This document shows, piece after piece, positions 9,280 to 20,231 of a DNA stretch of 59,594 nt. Location of the stretch: assembly GCA_964430235.1 (NCBI GenBank), contig CAYSFS010000001.1, positions 1-59,594 on the forward strand. Direction: 5' to 3'. Positions within the stretch are counted from its first letter, which is position 1. Each line of letters opens with the position of its first letter. The DNA comes from an uncultured Chitinophaga sp. (GTDB lineage: Bacteria > Planctomycetota > Phycisphaerae > Phycisphaerales > SM1A02). The position numbers were made by a program, and so were the translations under genes. The notes under the pieces are model-generated. The model did not search any database, had not been told where the DNA came from, and saw nothing but the letters and a program-made list of their open reading frames with translations.

Positions 9280-10034
9280 TTCCTGCCCTCCTCGGCGAGC
9301 CGACGGTAGTACTCCTGCGTGAGGCGCCGGTATGCGGCGCTCATCGGGTCGCGCACGCCCTGACGCACCGCGTCGCGCACGCGCGGGGGAAGCTGCCCCC
9401 ACTCCACGCGCGATTCGTCGAACTGCGCCGCCATGTCGGCAGGGTCCACCGCGCCCGGGGGCTGCGAGGCGTCGGCCTCGCGGGCGGCGCCGTCGCGGCG
9501 ACCGCGCTGCTCGCCGTCCGCCCCGTCGCGACGCCGACGGCTGGCGTCACCGTCCTCGGGTCGCGGTGCATCCTCGCCCTGCTGCCGGCCATCGCCTTGC
9601 TGCTGGCCCTGCTGTTGGCGCTGACGCTGTCCCTGGCGTTGCTGCTGCGAAGAGGACTGTCCCTGCTGCTGCTGCTGTTGCTGTTGCTGCATCCGCTGCG
9701 CCGTCGCGATCAACTCGTCGAGCTTGCGCACCACGCTCTCCTGGACGCGTCGCGTGGCGAGGCCCGCCTTGCGCTCGTCGAGCATCCTCGCGCTTCGGCG
9801 CATGTCGGCGATCGCGCTCTCGAGGATGTCCTTCGGCGGGGCACCCGCGAGCGCCGCGTCGAGGTCCGTGGGCGGGGCATCGCCCGGTTCCGCACCCTCG
9901 AGGCCGAGGGCATCATCGAGCGAGGGCGGTGCGGACGGCACGGTCGGCGGTGCGGATGGGGAAGCCGGCGGCGTGGCCGTGCCCGCCGGAGCGGCCTGCA
10001 TCGCGACGAGGACGACGAGCGCGACGAGGTTCAC
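9276..10034 (-). CDS. secreted poly-Gln / charged low-complexity protein
   Basis: GTG at 10034 overlaps the upstream stop (GTGA) and is preceded by AGGAGG. The N-terminus VNLVALVVLVAMQAAPAG looks like a signal peptide. The protein contains a Q9 run within a Q/R/G-rich block and ends with the ordered tail YRRLTQEYYRRLAEEGRK. Confidence 0.7.
   Translation of the reverse strand: MNLVALVVLVAMQAAPAGTATPPASPSAPPTVPSAPPSLDDALGLEGAEPGDAPPTDLDAALAGAPPKDILESAIADMRRSARMLDERKAGLATRRVQESVVRKLDELIATAQRMQQQQQQQQQGQSSSQQQRQGQRQRQQQGQQQGDGRQQGEDAPRPEDGDASRRRRDGADGEQRGRRDGAAREADASQPPGAVDPADMAAQFDESRVEWGQLPPRVRDAVRQGVRDPMSAAYRRLTQEYYRRLAEEGRK
9663..9689 (-). repeat. trinucleotide repeat encoding nine consecutive Gln
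   Basis: The plus strand reads (CTG)5 TTG CTG TTG CTG. This is CAG/CAA x9 on the coding strand, immediately after the Met codon at 9690-9692. Confidence 0.95.
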
Positions 10035-13000
10035 GGTTCCCCTCCTTCGGCGGGTGCCGCCGGTTCCGCGCTCGGTGCCGGCGGGCGCATGGACTTCACC
10101 CATCGCTCGCCGAGTTCAGTGATCTTGCGCTGCCGCTCGGCCACTCGACCAAGGTACGCGTCGCGCTCCGCCGGGCCCAGCGCCTCGGCGGCCGCGGTGT
10201 CGTCGAGCACGCGCTGGGCCATCGTCCGCAGCAACCGGAGCTCGGCGATGGGCGGGACGCGCGGTTGCCCGCCCTGCATGCCCTCGCCGCCGCCGTCGCC
10301 GCCACCCCCCCCGCCCTGCTGCGGCTCGTCCGCGAACGGGTCCTCGGGCTCCGGCGGGTCGGCGAGGGCCTCGATCAACGCGGCGATTCCTGCCTCCACC
10401 TCCCCTTGGAGCAGGATCGTGCGACGGGAGGGGGCACCCGACCACAGGTCCTGCCCCGCCGCCCCGGACGCGCCGACCATCTCCTGCGTGGAGGCCAGGA
10501 ACAGCTCGCTGGACGCAAGGTCCTGTCGGGCCGCGGCGTTCTGGAGCAGCCCGGTCACGGCCGACTGCTCGGTCCCGAGGCGCCGCGACTCAAGCAGGGT
10601 CCGCCGATCGGCCTTTGATCCGGGCGCCGGCAGCGTGGCCTCGGTGCCGGTCCGGACCGAACGCTGCCGCTCGAGGATGGCTGCGTAGACCTCGCGAAGC
10701 TCGGCGCGGCGCTGGTTCTCGGCGGCGCGCTCGGCTTCCTGTCGCGCGCGTTGCGCGGCCTCGAGCGCGTCCTGGATCGACGAGCGCGCGGCCCCGAGCG
10801 ATGCCTGCGATGCCGCGCCGTCCACGGGGGACGCCCGCAGGGACGTCGCCGACTCGTCGAGCTGGCCCGAACCCTGCATCACGAGCCCGGCGGATCGGCG
10901 GAACTCGCTTCCCGACTGCGCTGCCTGCTCGGCCACGCCCGACGCACGGCGCGAGAGATCCAAGAGCGCACGCGCCTCGCGATCGACGGCGTCTGCATCC
11001 GACGCATCGAGCTGCTGAACCGGAAGCACGCGCTCCTCCACGCGCGCAAGCAACGCACGCATGGACTCCGTCACCTCCGTCATCCTGCGGCGCAATTCCT
11101 CCGCCCGTGCGCGGCGCTGGCTGCGCATCGCCTGCTGCATCGCCTGGACCGCCTCCTGGGCGGACTGCTGCGATTGCTGGGAGGCCTGGCCTTGGTTCTG
11201 TTCCGTCTGCTGCGCGGCCTGCTCGAGCTGACGCGCCAGGCCGCGTTCGTCGGCCTCGCGCGCCGCCTCGCGAAGCGCCTCGGCGAGTCCCGGCTCGGGG
11301 CGCTCCTCCCGCTCGACCTCCTGCGCACGGCGCTCGAGGTCCTCGACGAGGTCGCGCGCCTCGGCAGCCGCCTCGCGCTGCGCCTGCGCCGCACGGTCGA
11401 GCCCGGCGCGAGCATCCTCCCCGAGCTGCTCGCGCGAGCGGCCGATCGCGCGGTCGGTGGCCTCGCGCGACTCGCGCCGAGCGGCATCGACACGCTCCGA
11501 GAGCCTGTCCACGCGCCGCGCGAGCTCCGCGGTCTCGCGGTCGCGCTGCAATGCGGACTCAAGGTCCGCAAGCGCCTGCTCGGCCTCGGCTGCTTGCCGG
11601 GCCGCCTGCTGCATGCGCTGGGCCTGATCGTCCGTGCCGGACTCGCCGGATCGCGACCCGGCCGCCGCCCGCGACCCCGCATCGCTCGACTCGAGCGACC
11701 GCGTCGCGTCCTGCGCACGTTGCGCCGCACGGCGCGCGTCGTCGAGCGCATCCTCGATCGTCGCCTTCAGCCCGTCGCCGTCGGTCCGGTTGCGCTCGAG
11801 CCGGCCCGCGAGCTCGTCGAGCGACCGCTCGAAGGCGCCGATCCGCTCGGACATGCGTCCCTCCGCCGCGGCAAGCTGCGATTCGTCCTCGGGAGTCGGA
11901 GGATCGGTCGCCGCCGCGTCCCCGTCCTGCGCGGCGCCTCGGGGCCGATCGCGCCCCGCCGCACGCTCGGCCAGCGCGTCGGCGCGCGCCCGCAGCTCGG
12001 CCTGTTCGTTGCGGAGCCGCTCGGCCGCCTCGCGCATCTGTCCCAGGCGCGATCGCACCTGGTCGGCGAGTTCGGAGGGAGCGATGACTCGGAACACGCG
12101 CGGCGCGCTGGTCACCGGCTCGCGACGCATGCCGCCCGACTCGAACGCGTCGCGCGCCCGCGCCACGCACGTCACGCGATCGCCCGGATTCGCGCCCATC
12201 GCCCGCAGGTCGAGCGTCCGCTCGGCGGTCGCCGCCTGGCCACCCGAAGCCGTGACCGGCGGCTGCGCGACCGACTCGCCGCCCGCGCGCTGCAGAGAGG
12301 CCTCGATGGAAAGTTCCGTGATCCCGAGGTCGTCGCGCGCCTCCGCCCGGACCACGGGCGCCGCGTCGGGCGTCACGGCCTCGTCGGCCACCGGTTCGAT
12401 GATCGCCACCGATGGCACCGCATCCTCGATCGCGGGCACCTCGAACGCGATGCGATCGGCGGGCTCGACGCCGCCCTCGCCCACGAGGCGAACCTCGAGC
12501 ACCCCGCGGCCCGCGGCGACCCATCCGACGTTCCAGCGCGCCGGGTCGCCGTCGCCGGGCGCGAACTCGACCGTTCGGGCGGAACCGTCCGCATCCGCCA
12601 ACGCGAACGTCGACGCGACCCATGCGCCCGGATCCTCGCCCGCCGGCGGGCCGGAGGCGCCTTCGACCTCGAGCGCGATGGACACGCGGGAACCCGCGAG
12701 CACGGGCGGAGACACGGTCGCACGACGATCGGTGCCGGGGCCGAGGTCGGCCGTCCGGCGCTCGACGGTCTCGCGCGCATAAGGCGGCGGGTCGACGACG
12801 AGCGACGCGGACCGCACCGAAGGCGGAGCCACGAGCCGCACCATGGTGGATGCCGTCTCCATGTCCTCGGTCCGGAACACCACCTCCACCCGATCGCCGT
12901 CCGCCTCGACGAGCCGCTCGAACGCGCCGCCGGGCTGAAGCGGCAGCACCACGCGCCGCCATGCCCCGAAGGTGCCGTCGCGCTCGACGCGGTACTCGGC

Positions 13001-13660
13001 CTCGACGCGCATCGAGGATTCGTCGCCGCGCACGTGCCGGGCCCGGAGCGCAAGCGCCGCACCGCGGGCACGCACCGCACCCCCCATGTCCGCCTCCACC
13101 ATGGTGCGGGCCGGCCACGAAACGTCGGCGAACGGCGTCGCGAGCCGACGCAGGCCGATCGACGCGAGGTCAGGCGCAAGCCACGCGAAGGCCACGGAAA
13201 CCGCCACCACGCCCATGGCCCAGCCCAGGGCGCGCCGCGCGGGTGCCGCATCGACGCGGATCGACCGGGGCATCGCCGCCACCCCTTGACGGATGGCATC
13301 CTCGGCCAACGCTCCCGACGCGCCGTCCGCGCGCGCCTCGGCCAGGTCCGCCGCGATCGCCACGCCGCGCACGCCCTCGGCACGCTCGACGCGCAGGGCC
13401 ACCTCCACGAGCGGCGGCCGGAACCGCAGCGCGGGGATCACCCGCCAACGGAACCACGCCGCGCCGCCCGCGACCAGCGCCGCGTCCTCGGCGAGCCGAA
13501 TCCACGAAGGCAGGCGGAACACGCGGTCCAACGCCACGGCCGCGAGCAGCGCCGCAAGACCGAACGCGAGCGCCAGCATGCATCGCTCGAGGACGAGGAG
13601 CCTCCGCAGGCGCGTCCGCGCCGCACCCAGGGGTGCGAGGATGCCGTCATGCATCGTCAT
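10031..13660 (-). CDS. giant membrane-anchored coiled-coil protein (DUF4175-like)
   Basis: ATG at 13660 (MTMHDGILAPLGAARTRLRRLLVLERCMLALAFGLAALLAAVAL...) gives two N-terminal TM segments. These are followed by beta-rich regions and a several-hundred-residue A/E/R/Q-rich coiled coil, 1209 aa in total. The ATGA overlap is with the upstream stop. The family name is a by-eye guess. Confidence 0.72.
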   Translation of the reverse strand: MTMHDGILAPLGAARTRLRRLLVLERCMLALAFGLAALLAAVALDRVFRLPSWIRLAEDAALVAGGAAWFRWRVIPALRFRPPLVEVALRVERAEGVRGVAIAADLAEARADGASGALAEDAIRQGVAAMPRSIRVDAAPARRALGWAMGVVAVSVAFAWLAPDLASIGLRRLATPFADVSWPARTMVEADMGGAVRARGAALALRARHVRGDESSMRVEAEYRVERDGTFGAWRRVVLPLQPGGAFERLVEADGDRVEVVFRTEDMETASTMVRLVAPPSVRSASLVVDPPPYARETVERRTADLGPGTDRRATVSPPVLAGSRVSIALEVEGASGPPAGEDPGAWVASTFALADADGSARTVEFAPGDGDPARWNVGWVAAGRGVLEVRLVGEGGVEPADRIAFEVPAIEDAVPSVAIIEPVADEAVTPDAAPVVRAEARDDLGITELSIEASLQRAGGESVAQPPVTASGGQAATAERTLDLRAMGANPGDRVTCVARARDAFESGGMRREPVTSAPRVFRVIAPSELADQVRSRLGQMREAAERLRNEQAELRARADALAERAAGRDRPRGAAQDGDAAATDPPTPEDESQLAAAEGRMSERIGAFERSLDELAGRLERNRTDGDGLKATIEDALDDARRAAQRAQDATRSLESSDAGSRAAAGSRSGESGTDDQAQRMQQAARQAAEAEQALADLESALQRDRETAELARRVDRLSERVDAARRESREATDRAIGRSREQLGEDARAGLDRAAQAQREAAAEARDLVEDLERRAQEVEREERPEPGLAEALREAAREADERGLARQLEQAAQQTEQNQGQASQQSQQSAQEAVQAMQQAMRSQRRARAEELRRRMTEVTESMRALLARVEERVLPVQQLDASDADAVDREARALLDLSRRASGVAEQAAQSGSEFRRSAGLVMQGSGQLDESATSLRASPVDGAASQASLGAARSSIQDALEAAQRARQEAERAAENQRRAELREVYAAILERQRSVRTGTEATLPAPGSKADRRTLLESRRLGTEQSAVTGLLQNAAARQDLASSELFLASTQEMVGASGAAGQDLWSGAPSRRTILLQGEVEAGIAALIEALADPPEPEDPFADEPQQGGGGGGDGGGEGMQGGQPRVPPIAELRLLRTMAQRVLDDTAAAEALGPAERDAYLGRVAERQRKITELGERWVKSMRPPAPSAEPAAPAEGGEP

Positions 13661-15972
13661 GCGAGCCTCGACATCCTCCGGAGCACCCACTCGGCGAGCA
13701 GCAGGGCCATCACCAGGATCAATGCCGCGGGGCTGGTCCGGACGTCGTCGCGGATGGGATCCTCGGTGACCACCGACCGGTTCGGCAAGCCCGCCATGAG
13801 TGCGGCCGCGCCGGCCGGATCGACCACGCTGCCTCCCGTTTCCCGCGCAAGGCGCTCGAGCAGCCCGCGGTCGGACTCGGCGTCGCGCAATTCCGCGTCG
13901 TCGCGCACGGCCTCGAGCACCGACCCGCCGCCGCTGCGCGCCAGCAGCTCGGCGTCCCGCGGCCGGATCGTCCATCGACCCGGTTGCTCGACGACGAAGG
14001 TGGCTTCAAGCGTCCCGGACTGTGTCCGCCGGGCCTCGAGCTCGACCCTCGGATCGCCTCCCGCCGAGGCCTCGAGCATCACGGTGGCACGTGCATCGCC
14101 GGCGGGAAGCTCCACCTCGACGCGCACGGCATCGCCGACCGTGCATCGCTGCGGGTCCACCGCCACGCGCACGTCCTCCGAGCCCACCCCGAGCGATGGC
14201 CGCGCCATGGCGCGCAGCAGCTGCACCCAGAAACGCTCTGGGTACGCCTCGCCGCGGCCGTTGCGCCAGCGCCACGTCTCGTCGGTGCCGACGTAGAGCA
14301 CGCTGCCCGCCCCGAACCGCATCGACACCACCACGGGGTGCGGAGTGCCGTCGAAGGCCTGCACCGACTCCGCGAGCGCCTCGGCCGCGGGCTTGAGCGA
14401 TGCGGGCGCGATCCGCTGCGCCCACTCCAACCGCGCCCATTCCTCGTCGGGCGACGAGAGCTCGGCAGGGAACGCCGCCTTCGGGTCGTCCGCGAGCCGA
14501 AGCACGCCCGCCCGCGTCGCGACCTCGGTCGGACGCAGGTTGACGGGGTCGGGCAGCCGATCGAGGTCGTACGGACCCGTGAACGGCAGGAGGTCCTCGA
14601 AGGCCGTCCCGGCCCACGAGCGCGGCATGTTGCGCGGACCGCCGATGAGCACGAGCCCGATTCCGCGCTCGTCCACCGCGCGGCGCACCTCCGAGAGCTG
14701 CTCCGGGGAGAAGAACCCGGCCGGCATGTCGCCGATGACGACCAGGTCGAACCGCTCGAACTCCTCGCGCGTGCGCGGCAGGCGCGCGATGGGCGTGTTG
14801 CCCTCCTGCGCGAACTCGCGGTCGGCCGAGAGCAGCATCACCGAGCTCTCGACGGAGCGCTCGCGCTGCATGAGGTTCTTGAGGTACCGGTACTCCCAGC
14901 GCGGGTACCCCTCGACGTACAGCACGCGAAGCGGCCGGTCGACCAGCGTGACCGGGATCGCGCGCCGGTCGTTCGCGGGCACGAGGTCGCGTGCCGACGA
15001 CGGGTCGGTCACGCGCACCTCCCATGCGGCCGTCCCGGTTCCCTGGGGCACCGCCACCAATTGCACTTCGTCTCGCACCGCGCCGTCGCCGGCCGCGGCG
15101 ACCGCCGCGACCTCGGCGCGGTCCAGCACCGTCCCGGTCGCGGTGTCCACGAGCTCGACGCGCACCGCGCGGGTGCGCATCGGACCGCGTCGCTCGACGG
15201 TCGCCAGCACCGGAACGATGTCGCGCACGAACGCGCGCCTGGGCGCCTCGGCCGCGGCGACGGACGCGTCCCCGAGCGCGCGCGCCGCGCCGAGCGCCAC
15301 CGACGACACCGCCACCCCCTCGGACTGCAGACGCCGCACCAGGGCACGGTCCGGCGGATCGGTGGTGCGACCGTCCGTGACGAGCACGATGGATGAGATC
15401 GGCCTCCCCGCGCCGCGCGAAAGCGCCTCGTCGATGGCGCGCGCGAGCAACGTGCGTGGCCCGCCGGCCGTACCCGGATCGACCGAGCCATCGCCGGCCG
15501 GCACGAGCTGGCCAAGCTGCTCGGAGAACGCGAACCACGACGCGCGGTGCTCGTCCCCCGTGACGCGCAACGACCCGCCCGGGCCGACCAGCGCACGCAG
15601 CGCGGCATCGCGGGACTGCCACCCGCCCCCGGGCACGTCCATGTCCTCGACCTCGAGCGAACGGCTCCGGTCGACGAGCACGAGCACCGAATCGGGCTCG
15701 ACGCGCTCGCGCGGGACCTCGAGCACGGGTCCGCACGCAAGCGCCGCGAGCAGCACCAGGAGCGCCGCACGCAGCGCGGTGAGCCCCCGCGCGCGTGAAG
15801 GGACGAGCGCCATGCGGCGGTACGTCATCCAAGCGATTCCCACGGCCGCCGCGCCTGCCGCAACCCATGCCCACGCCGGGAGGGGCGTCGACCATGCGAA
15901 GCGCACGTCGGTCGCGTCCGCGGGCACGGCATCGAGCCCCAGGAGCCACCGAACCGCGGGCGAAGCGATCAT
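13657..15972 (-). CDS. membrane vWA-domain protein with a GATase-like C-terminal region (BatB/TIGR02226-neighbour type)
   Basis: ATG at 15972 has an ATGA overlap with the upstream stop. The N-terminus has TM segments. The vWA domain has an intact MIDAS motif (VLVLVDRSRSL). A later block, LRVLYVEGYPRWEYRYLKNL...DLVVIGDMPA, is typical of these operons. Confidence 0.75.
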   Translation of the reverse strand: MIASPAVRWLLGLDAVPADATDVRFAWSTPLPAWAWVAAGAAAVGIAWMTYRRMALVPSRARGLTALRAALLVLLAALACGPVLEVPRERVEPDSVLVLVDRSRSLEVEDMDVPGGGWQSRDAALRALVGPGGSLRVTGDEHRASWFAFSEQLGQLVPAGDGSVDPGTAGGPRTLLARAIDEALSRGAGRPISSIVLVTDGRTTDPPDRALVRRLQSEGVAVSSVALGAARALGDASVAAAEAPRRAFVRDIVPVLATVERRGPMRTRAVRVELVDTATGTVLDRAEVAAVAAAGDGAVRDEVQLVAVPQGTGTAAWEVRVTDPSSARDLVPANDRRAIPVTLVDRPLRVLYVEGYPRWEYRYLKNLMQRERSVESSVMLLSADREFAQEGNTPIARLPRTREEFERFDLVVIGDMPAGFFSPEQLSEVRRAVDERGIGLVLIGGPRNMPRSWAGTAFEDLLPFTGPYDLDRLPDPVNLRPTEVATRAGVLRLADDPKAAFPAELSSPDEEWARLEWAQRIAPASLKPAAEALAESVQAFDGTPHPVVVSMRFGAGSVLYVGTDETWRWRNGRGEAYPERFWVQLLRAMARPSLGVGSEDVRVAVDPQRCTVGDAVRVEVELPAGDARATVMLEASAGGDPRVELEARRTQSGTLEATFVVEQPGRWTIRPRDAELLARSGGGSVLEAVRDDAELRDAESDRGLLERLARETGGSVVDPAGAAALMAGLPNRSVVTEDPIRDDVRTSPAALILVMALLLAEWVLRRMSRLA

Positions 15973-18170
15973 GCGGCCCTCCCGGCGGCGATGCGCACCG
16001 CCGCGTGGACCGGGCCGGAGGCCGCGGGACGTGCATGAGAGAACCGCCGCGCCAGCACGCTCTCGAGCACCGCGAGCGCAAGGCACGCCGCGAGCATCCA
16101 GCCGGCGATCGCCATGCCGGGCCCGGGGGCGATCCCCCGGCCTGCCTCCCGTTCGGTTCCCGGTTCACCCACAGGACCGACCGTCGCGAGCCACGACCTC
16201 GCGCGCTCGGGGTCGCTCGGGCGCACGGAGCACGACGCGAGGTCGACGGTGACGGCGAACGCACCGCGGGATTCCCCGCGCGCATCCACCATCTCGTACG
16301 TGCCCGAGCGATCGACCGGGGCGATCGTGCGGCCGCCGGCACCCACCGGCACGGCGCGCACTCCCCCGAGCGGTGCGCCGTCCGCGCCCACCTGGCGAAG
16401 CTCGGTGATCCCGGGCCGATCGACGCGCGCCACGGAACCCACGGTCGCCTGCAGGCCGCTTCCCGACCGACGGCGCGCCTCGGCCGCCACCTCCTGCCAC
16501 ACGGGAACCATCAAGGGCTTGAGCGGAATGGTCGTCCATGCCGGGTCCATCGCGACCGTGAAGAGCGTGACCGACCCGCGCGCCCCCGTCGGTGACCATT
16601 GCGCCATGACCGCGCCCGCGCCCGGCGCGAAGAGCACCACCGACGCATCGGTCGGCGAGACGTCCAGCCGAAGCATGCGCGACACGTCGACCGCGCCCGC
16701 GAGCTGGGGCAACTCCGCCATGATCGCGCTCAACGTCCCGGACTCGCGGCGGACCGCCTCGATGGCCGCGGGCGCGGGCAATTCGACCGCGTCGACCGAC
16801 GCCTGCCACGGCATCCCGAGCACGTCGCCCATCGCGCGCGTCCATGGGTGCACCTTCTCGCGGGCGGGAGGCAGCACCACGCACGATCCGCCCCGCTCGA
16901 CGAACGCGGCCAGGACGCGCCATTGCGGGTCCGCGAGCAATTGCGGCTGCGCCACCACCGCGAGCTCCGCCGTCGCGCACGAGCGCGCGTCGAACGACGC
17001 GGGGTCGACCGTGACCACGTCCACCACGGGCGGGTCCGAGGGTGCGAGCGCCCGCGCGATCCAATCGCCCTGCGAGAGCCGGTCGATGCCGGCGCCGTCG
17101 AACGTGCGACGGTCCACGACCACGGCCCGGATGCGCTCGGTGGCCGCGAGCACCGTGGTGCGCGCATCGTCGATGGGCTGCGCGTCCGGCTCGATGGCGG
17201 CGACGATCGCGCGCGGCGACGATCGCGCGGCGTCGGCGCCGCCGGACCGCTCGACCACGGGCACCGTGACCTCGCGCGCACGTTCGCCCGGAGAGATCGT
17301 CACCGTGCGCTCGCCCGGCGAGACGAGCGTCGGCCCGAGGACGCGGACGGTGCGCGTGACCGCGGCATCGCCGCGATCCCGCTCGACGACCACCTTCACG
17401 ACCGGAGCCGCGTCCACGGCCGCGCCAGCGGGCCGTTCCGCACGGACCGACGCGATGCGCACGTTGTCGCCCGCGGCGTCCGGCGTCGCCATCACGGAGA
17501 CGCGGACGGGCTCGTCGTCGACACGCGCCGCGGGAAGCGTCGGGAACGCCCGAACGCTTCCCTCGCGCAAGGCGCTGGCGACGAACAGCTCGCGCGCGGT
17601 GCCGGCACCGTCCGGGTGCGCCAGGATCGCGCATGCGGACGCGACCGCGGACGCGAGGTCACCCGCCATCTCGCTTGACGACAGCGCGTCGAGCCGTCGC
17701 ACGGCCCCGGAAAGGTCCATCGACGCGGGTTCGCCCGCCCCGTCGCCCGGGCGGGTGGAACGGACGATCGCCACCCGGTCGCCCGGGGCGAGCCCCTCGA
17801 CCATCGCCTTCGCCGCGGCGACCGACACGGAGAGCGCCGTGCCCGCCCCGAGCCGCTCGTTGGAAGCCGCGCCGTCGTCGACCACGACCGCGAGGGTCCG
17901 TGCGCGCCGGCCGGACGCGATCGCCGAGCCGACGAACGGTCCCGCGATCGCGCCCGCCGCCAACGCCACCACCATGCACCGCACCGCGAGCAGCAGCCAT
18001 CGCTCGAGCCGGCGACGGCGCTCCACGCGCCGGATCGCCTCGCGCAGGAGGTCCATCGCGGCCCACTCGTACGGCCGACGACGCCGGCGCAGCAGGAGGT
18101 GCACCAGCACCGGCAGCCCGATGCACAGCGCGCCCGCGAACGCGAGCCCGGGTGACGCGAAGCCGATCAC
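15969..18170 (-). CDS. BatA (aerotolerance N-terminal double-TM) domain protein
   Basis: GTG at 18170 overlaps the DUF58 stop (GTGA). The N-terminus VIGFASPGLAFAGALCIGLPVLVHLLLRRRRRP matches the BatA/TIGR02226 pattern. A vWA-like segment follows (RTLAVVVDDGAASNE) with a degenerate MIDAS motif. Confidence 0.78.
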   Translation of the reverse strand: MIGFASPGLAFAGALCIGLPVLVHLLLRRRRRPYEWAAMDLLREAIRRVERRRRLERWLLLAVRCMVVALAAGAIAGPFVGSAIASGRRARTLAVVVDDGAASNERLGAGTALSVSVAAAKAMVEGLAPGDRVAIVRSTRPGDGAGEPASMDLSGAVRRLDALSSSEMAGDLASAVASACAILAHPDGAGTARELFVASALREGSVRAFPTLPAARVDDEPVRVSVMATPDAAGDNVRIASVRAERPAGAAVDAAPVVKVVVERDRGDAAVTRTVRVLGPTLVSPGERTVTISPGERAREVTVPVVERSGGADAARSSPRAIVAAIEPDAQPIDDARTTVLAATERIRAVVVDRRTFDGAGIDRLSQGDWIARALAPSDPPVVDVVTVDPASFDARSCATAELAVVAQPQLLADPQWRVLAAFVERGGSCVVLPPAREKVHPWTRAMGDVLGMPWQASVDAVELPAPAAIEAVRRESGTLSAIMAELPQLAGAVDVSRMLRLDVSPTDASVVLFAPGAGAVMAQWSPTGARGSVTLFTVAMDPAWTTIPLKPLMVPVWQEVAAEARRRSGSGLQATVGSVARVDRPGITELRQVGADGAPLGGVRAVPVGAGGRTIAPVDRSGTYEMVDARGESRGAFAVTVDLASCSVRPSDPERARSWLATVGPVGEPGTEREAGRGIAPGPGMAIAGWMLAACLALAVLESVLARRFSHARPAASGPVHAAVRIAAGRAA

Positions 18171-19114
18171 CGCATCCCCCCGCCCATCATCCGCTCGCGG
18201 CGCGCAAGCAGCGCCGCGAGCGCCGGGCCGACCGAGTCGTGCGTGTCGAGGCGAACGAGGTCGAACCCGAACCCGCGCACCATGCGCTCGAGCGCGCGCT
18301 CGTCCTCGTCCAGCACCTGGAGGTACGCCTCGCGCACCGCGCGGGCGTCGACCTCCACGGTCGCCTCGCCCTCGAGCCCCTCGAAGGGCGCCTCCTCGTC
18401 GAGGTCGAAACGAAGCTCCGCGCGGTCGAGCGTCCGCAGGAGCACCACGTCGTGCCCGCGATGCCGCAGGCGCGCGAGCGCCTCGCGCACCTGCGCGGAC
18501 GGCATCAGGAAGTCCGAGGCGATCATCACCAACGCCCGGTGCAGGGTGCGCGCAAGCAGCTCGTCCACCGAACGGCCGAGGTCCGCCTTGCCTTCCACCA
18601 CGTGCGTCGCCAGGCACTGCACCACCGCGCGCCAATGACCCTGCGCGTTCGAGCACCGCGTCGAGGCCGCGATGCCGGCGCCGAACATCGACACCGAGAC
18701 GCGGTCGCGCTGGCTGAGCGCCATGAACGCCATCGCCGCGGCCGCGGCGGTCGCGTGGTCGAACTTCGTCCACCGCACGTTCCCGGCCTTCGTGCCGCCC
18801 CAGCCCTCCTTCAGGCCGAGCGTCCCGAACCGCATGCTTCCCGACGCGTCGACCAGGAGGTGCACGTCGAGGTTCGTCTCCTGCTGGAAGCGCTTGAGGT
18901 ACAGCTTGTCGCTGCGTCCGAACACCTTCCAGTCGATGTGGCGCACGGGGTCGCCGGGCACGTACTGCCGGTGCTCGGCGAACTCCACCGCCAGCCCCTG
19001 GTAGGGCGAGCGATGCATGCCGCTCATGACGCCCTCGGCGATCCGCTTCGCGCGGACCTCGAACGGCCCGAGCTGGGCCAGCGTCTCGGGGGCCAGGTAC
19101 TGCTCGGCGCGCAC
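18167..19114 (-). CDS. DUF58 domain protein (vWA-like)
   Basis: 315 aa. The sequence HRSPYQGLAVEFAEHRQYVPGDPVRHIDWKVFGRSDKLYLKRFQQETNLDVHLLVDASGSMRFG is the classic DUF58 core. Confidence 0.9.
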   Translation of the reverse strand: MRAEQYLAPETLAQLGPFEVRAKRIAEGVMSGMHRSPYQGLAVEFAEHRQYVPGDPVRHIDWKVFGRSDKLYLKRFQQETNLDVHLLVDASGSMRFGTLGLKEGWGGTKAGNVRWTKFDHATAAAAAMAFMALSQRDRVSVSMFGAGIAASTRCSNAQGHWRAVVQCLATHVVEGKADLGRSVDELLARTLHRALVMIASDFLMPSAQVREALARLRHRGHDVVLLRTLDRAELRFDLDEEAPFEGLEGEATVEVDARAVREAYLQVLDEDERALERMVRGFGFDLVRLDTHDSVGPALAALLARRERMMGGGMR

Positions 19115-19144
19115 GCGGCGGTCGCCTCCGTCAGGTCAGTGGTT

Positions 19145-20209
<1,065 letters not shown>

Positions 20210-20231
20210 CGGCGAAGTATAGTTCGACGCC

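Noticed and set aside
10751-15396. Very long antisense ORFs (10751..14296, 1181 aa; 12412..15396, 994 aa) opposite the giant coiled-coil and vWA genes
   Set aside because: These are stop-free antisense frames of GC3-biased genes. The products are R/P/A/G homopolymer-like, and there is no start context or coupling. I did not treat them as overlapping genes.
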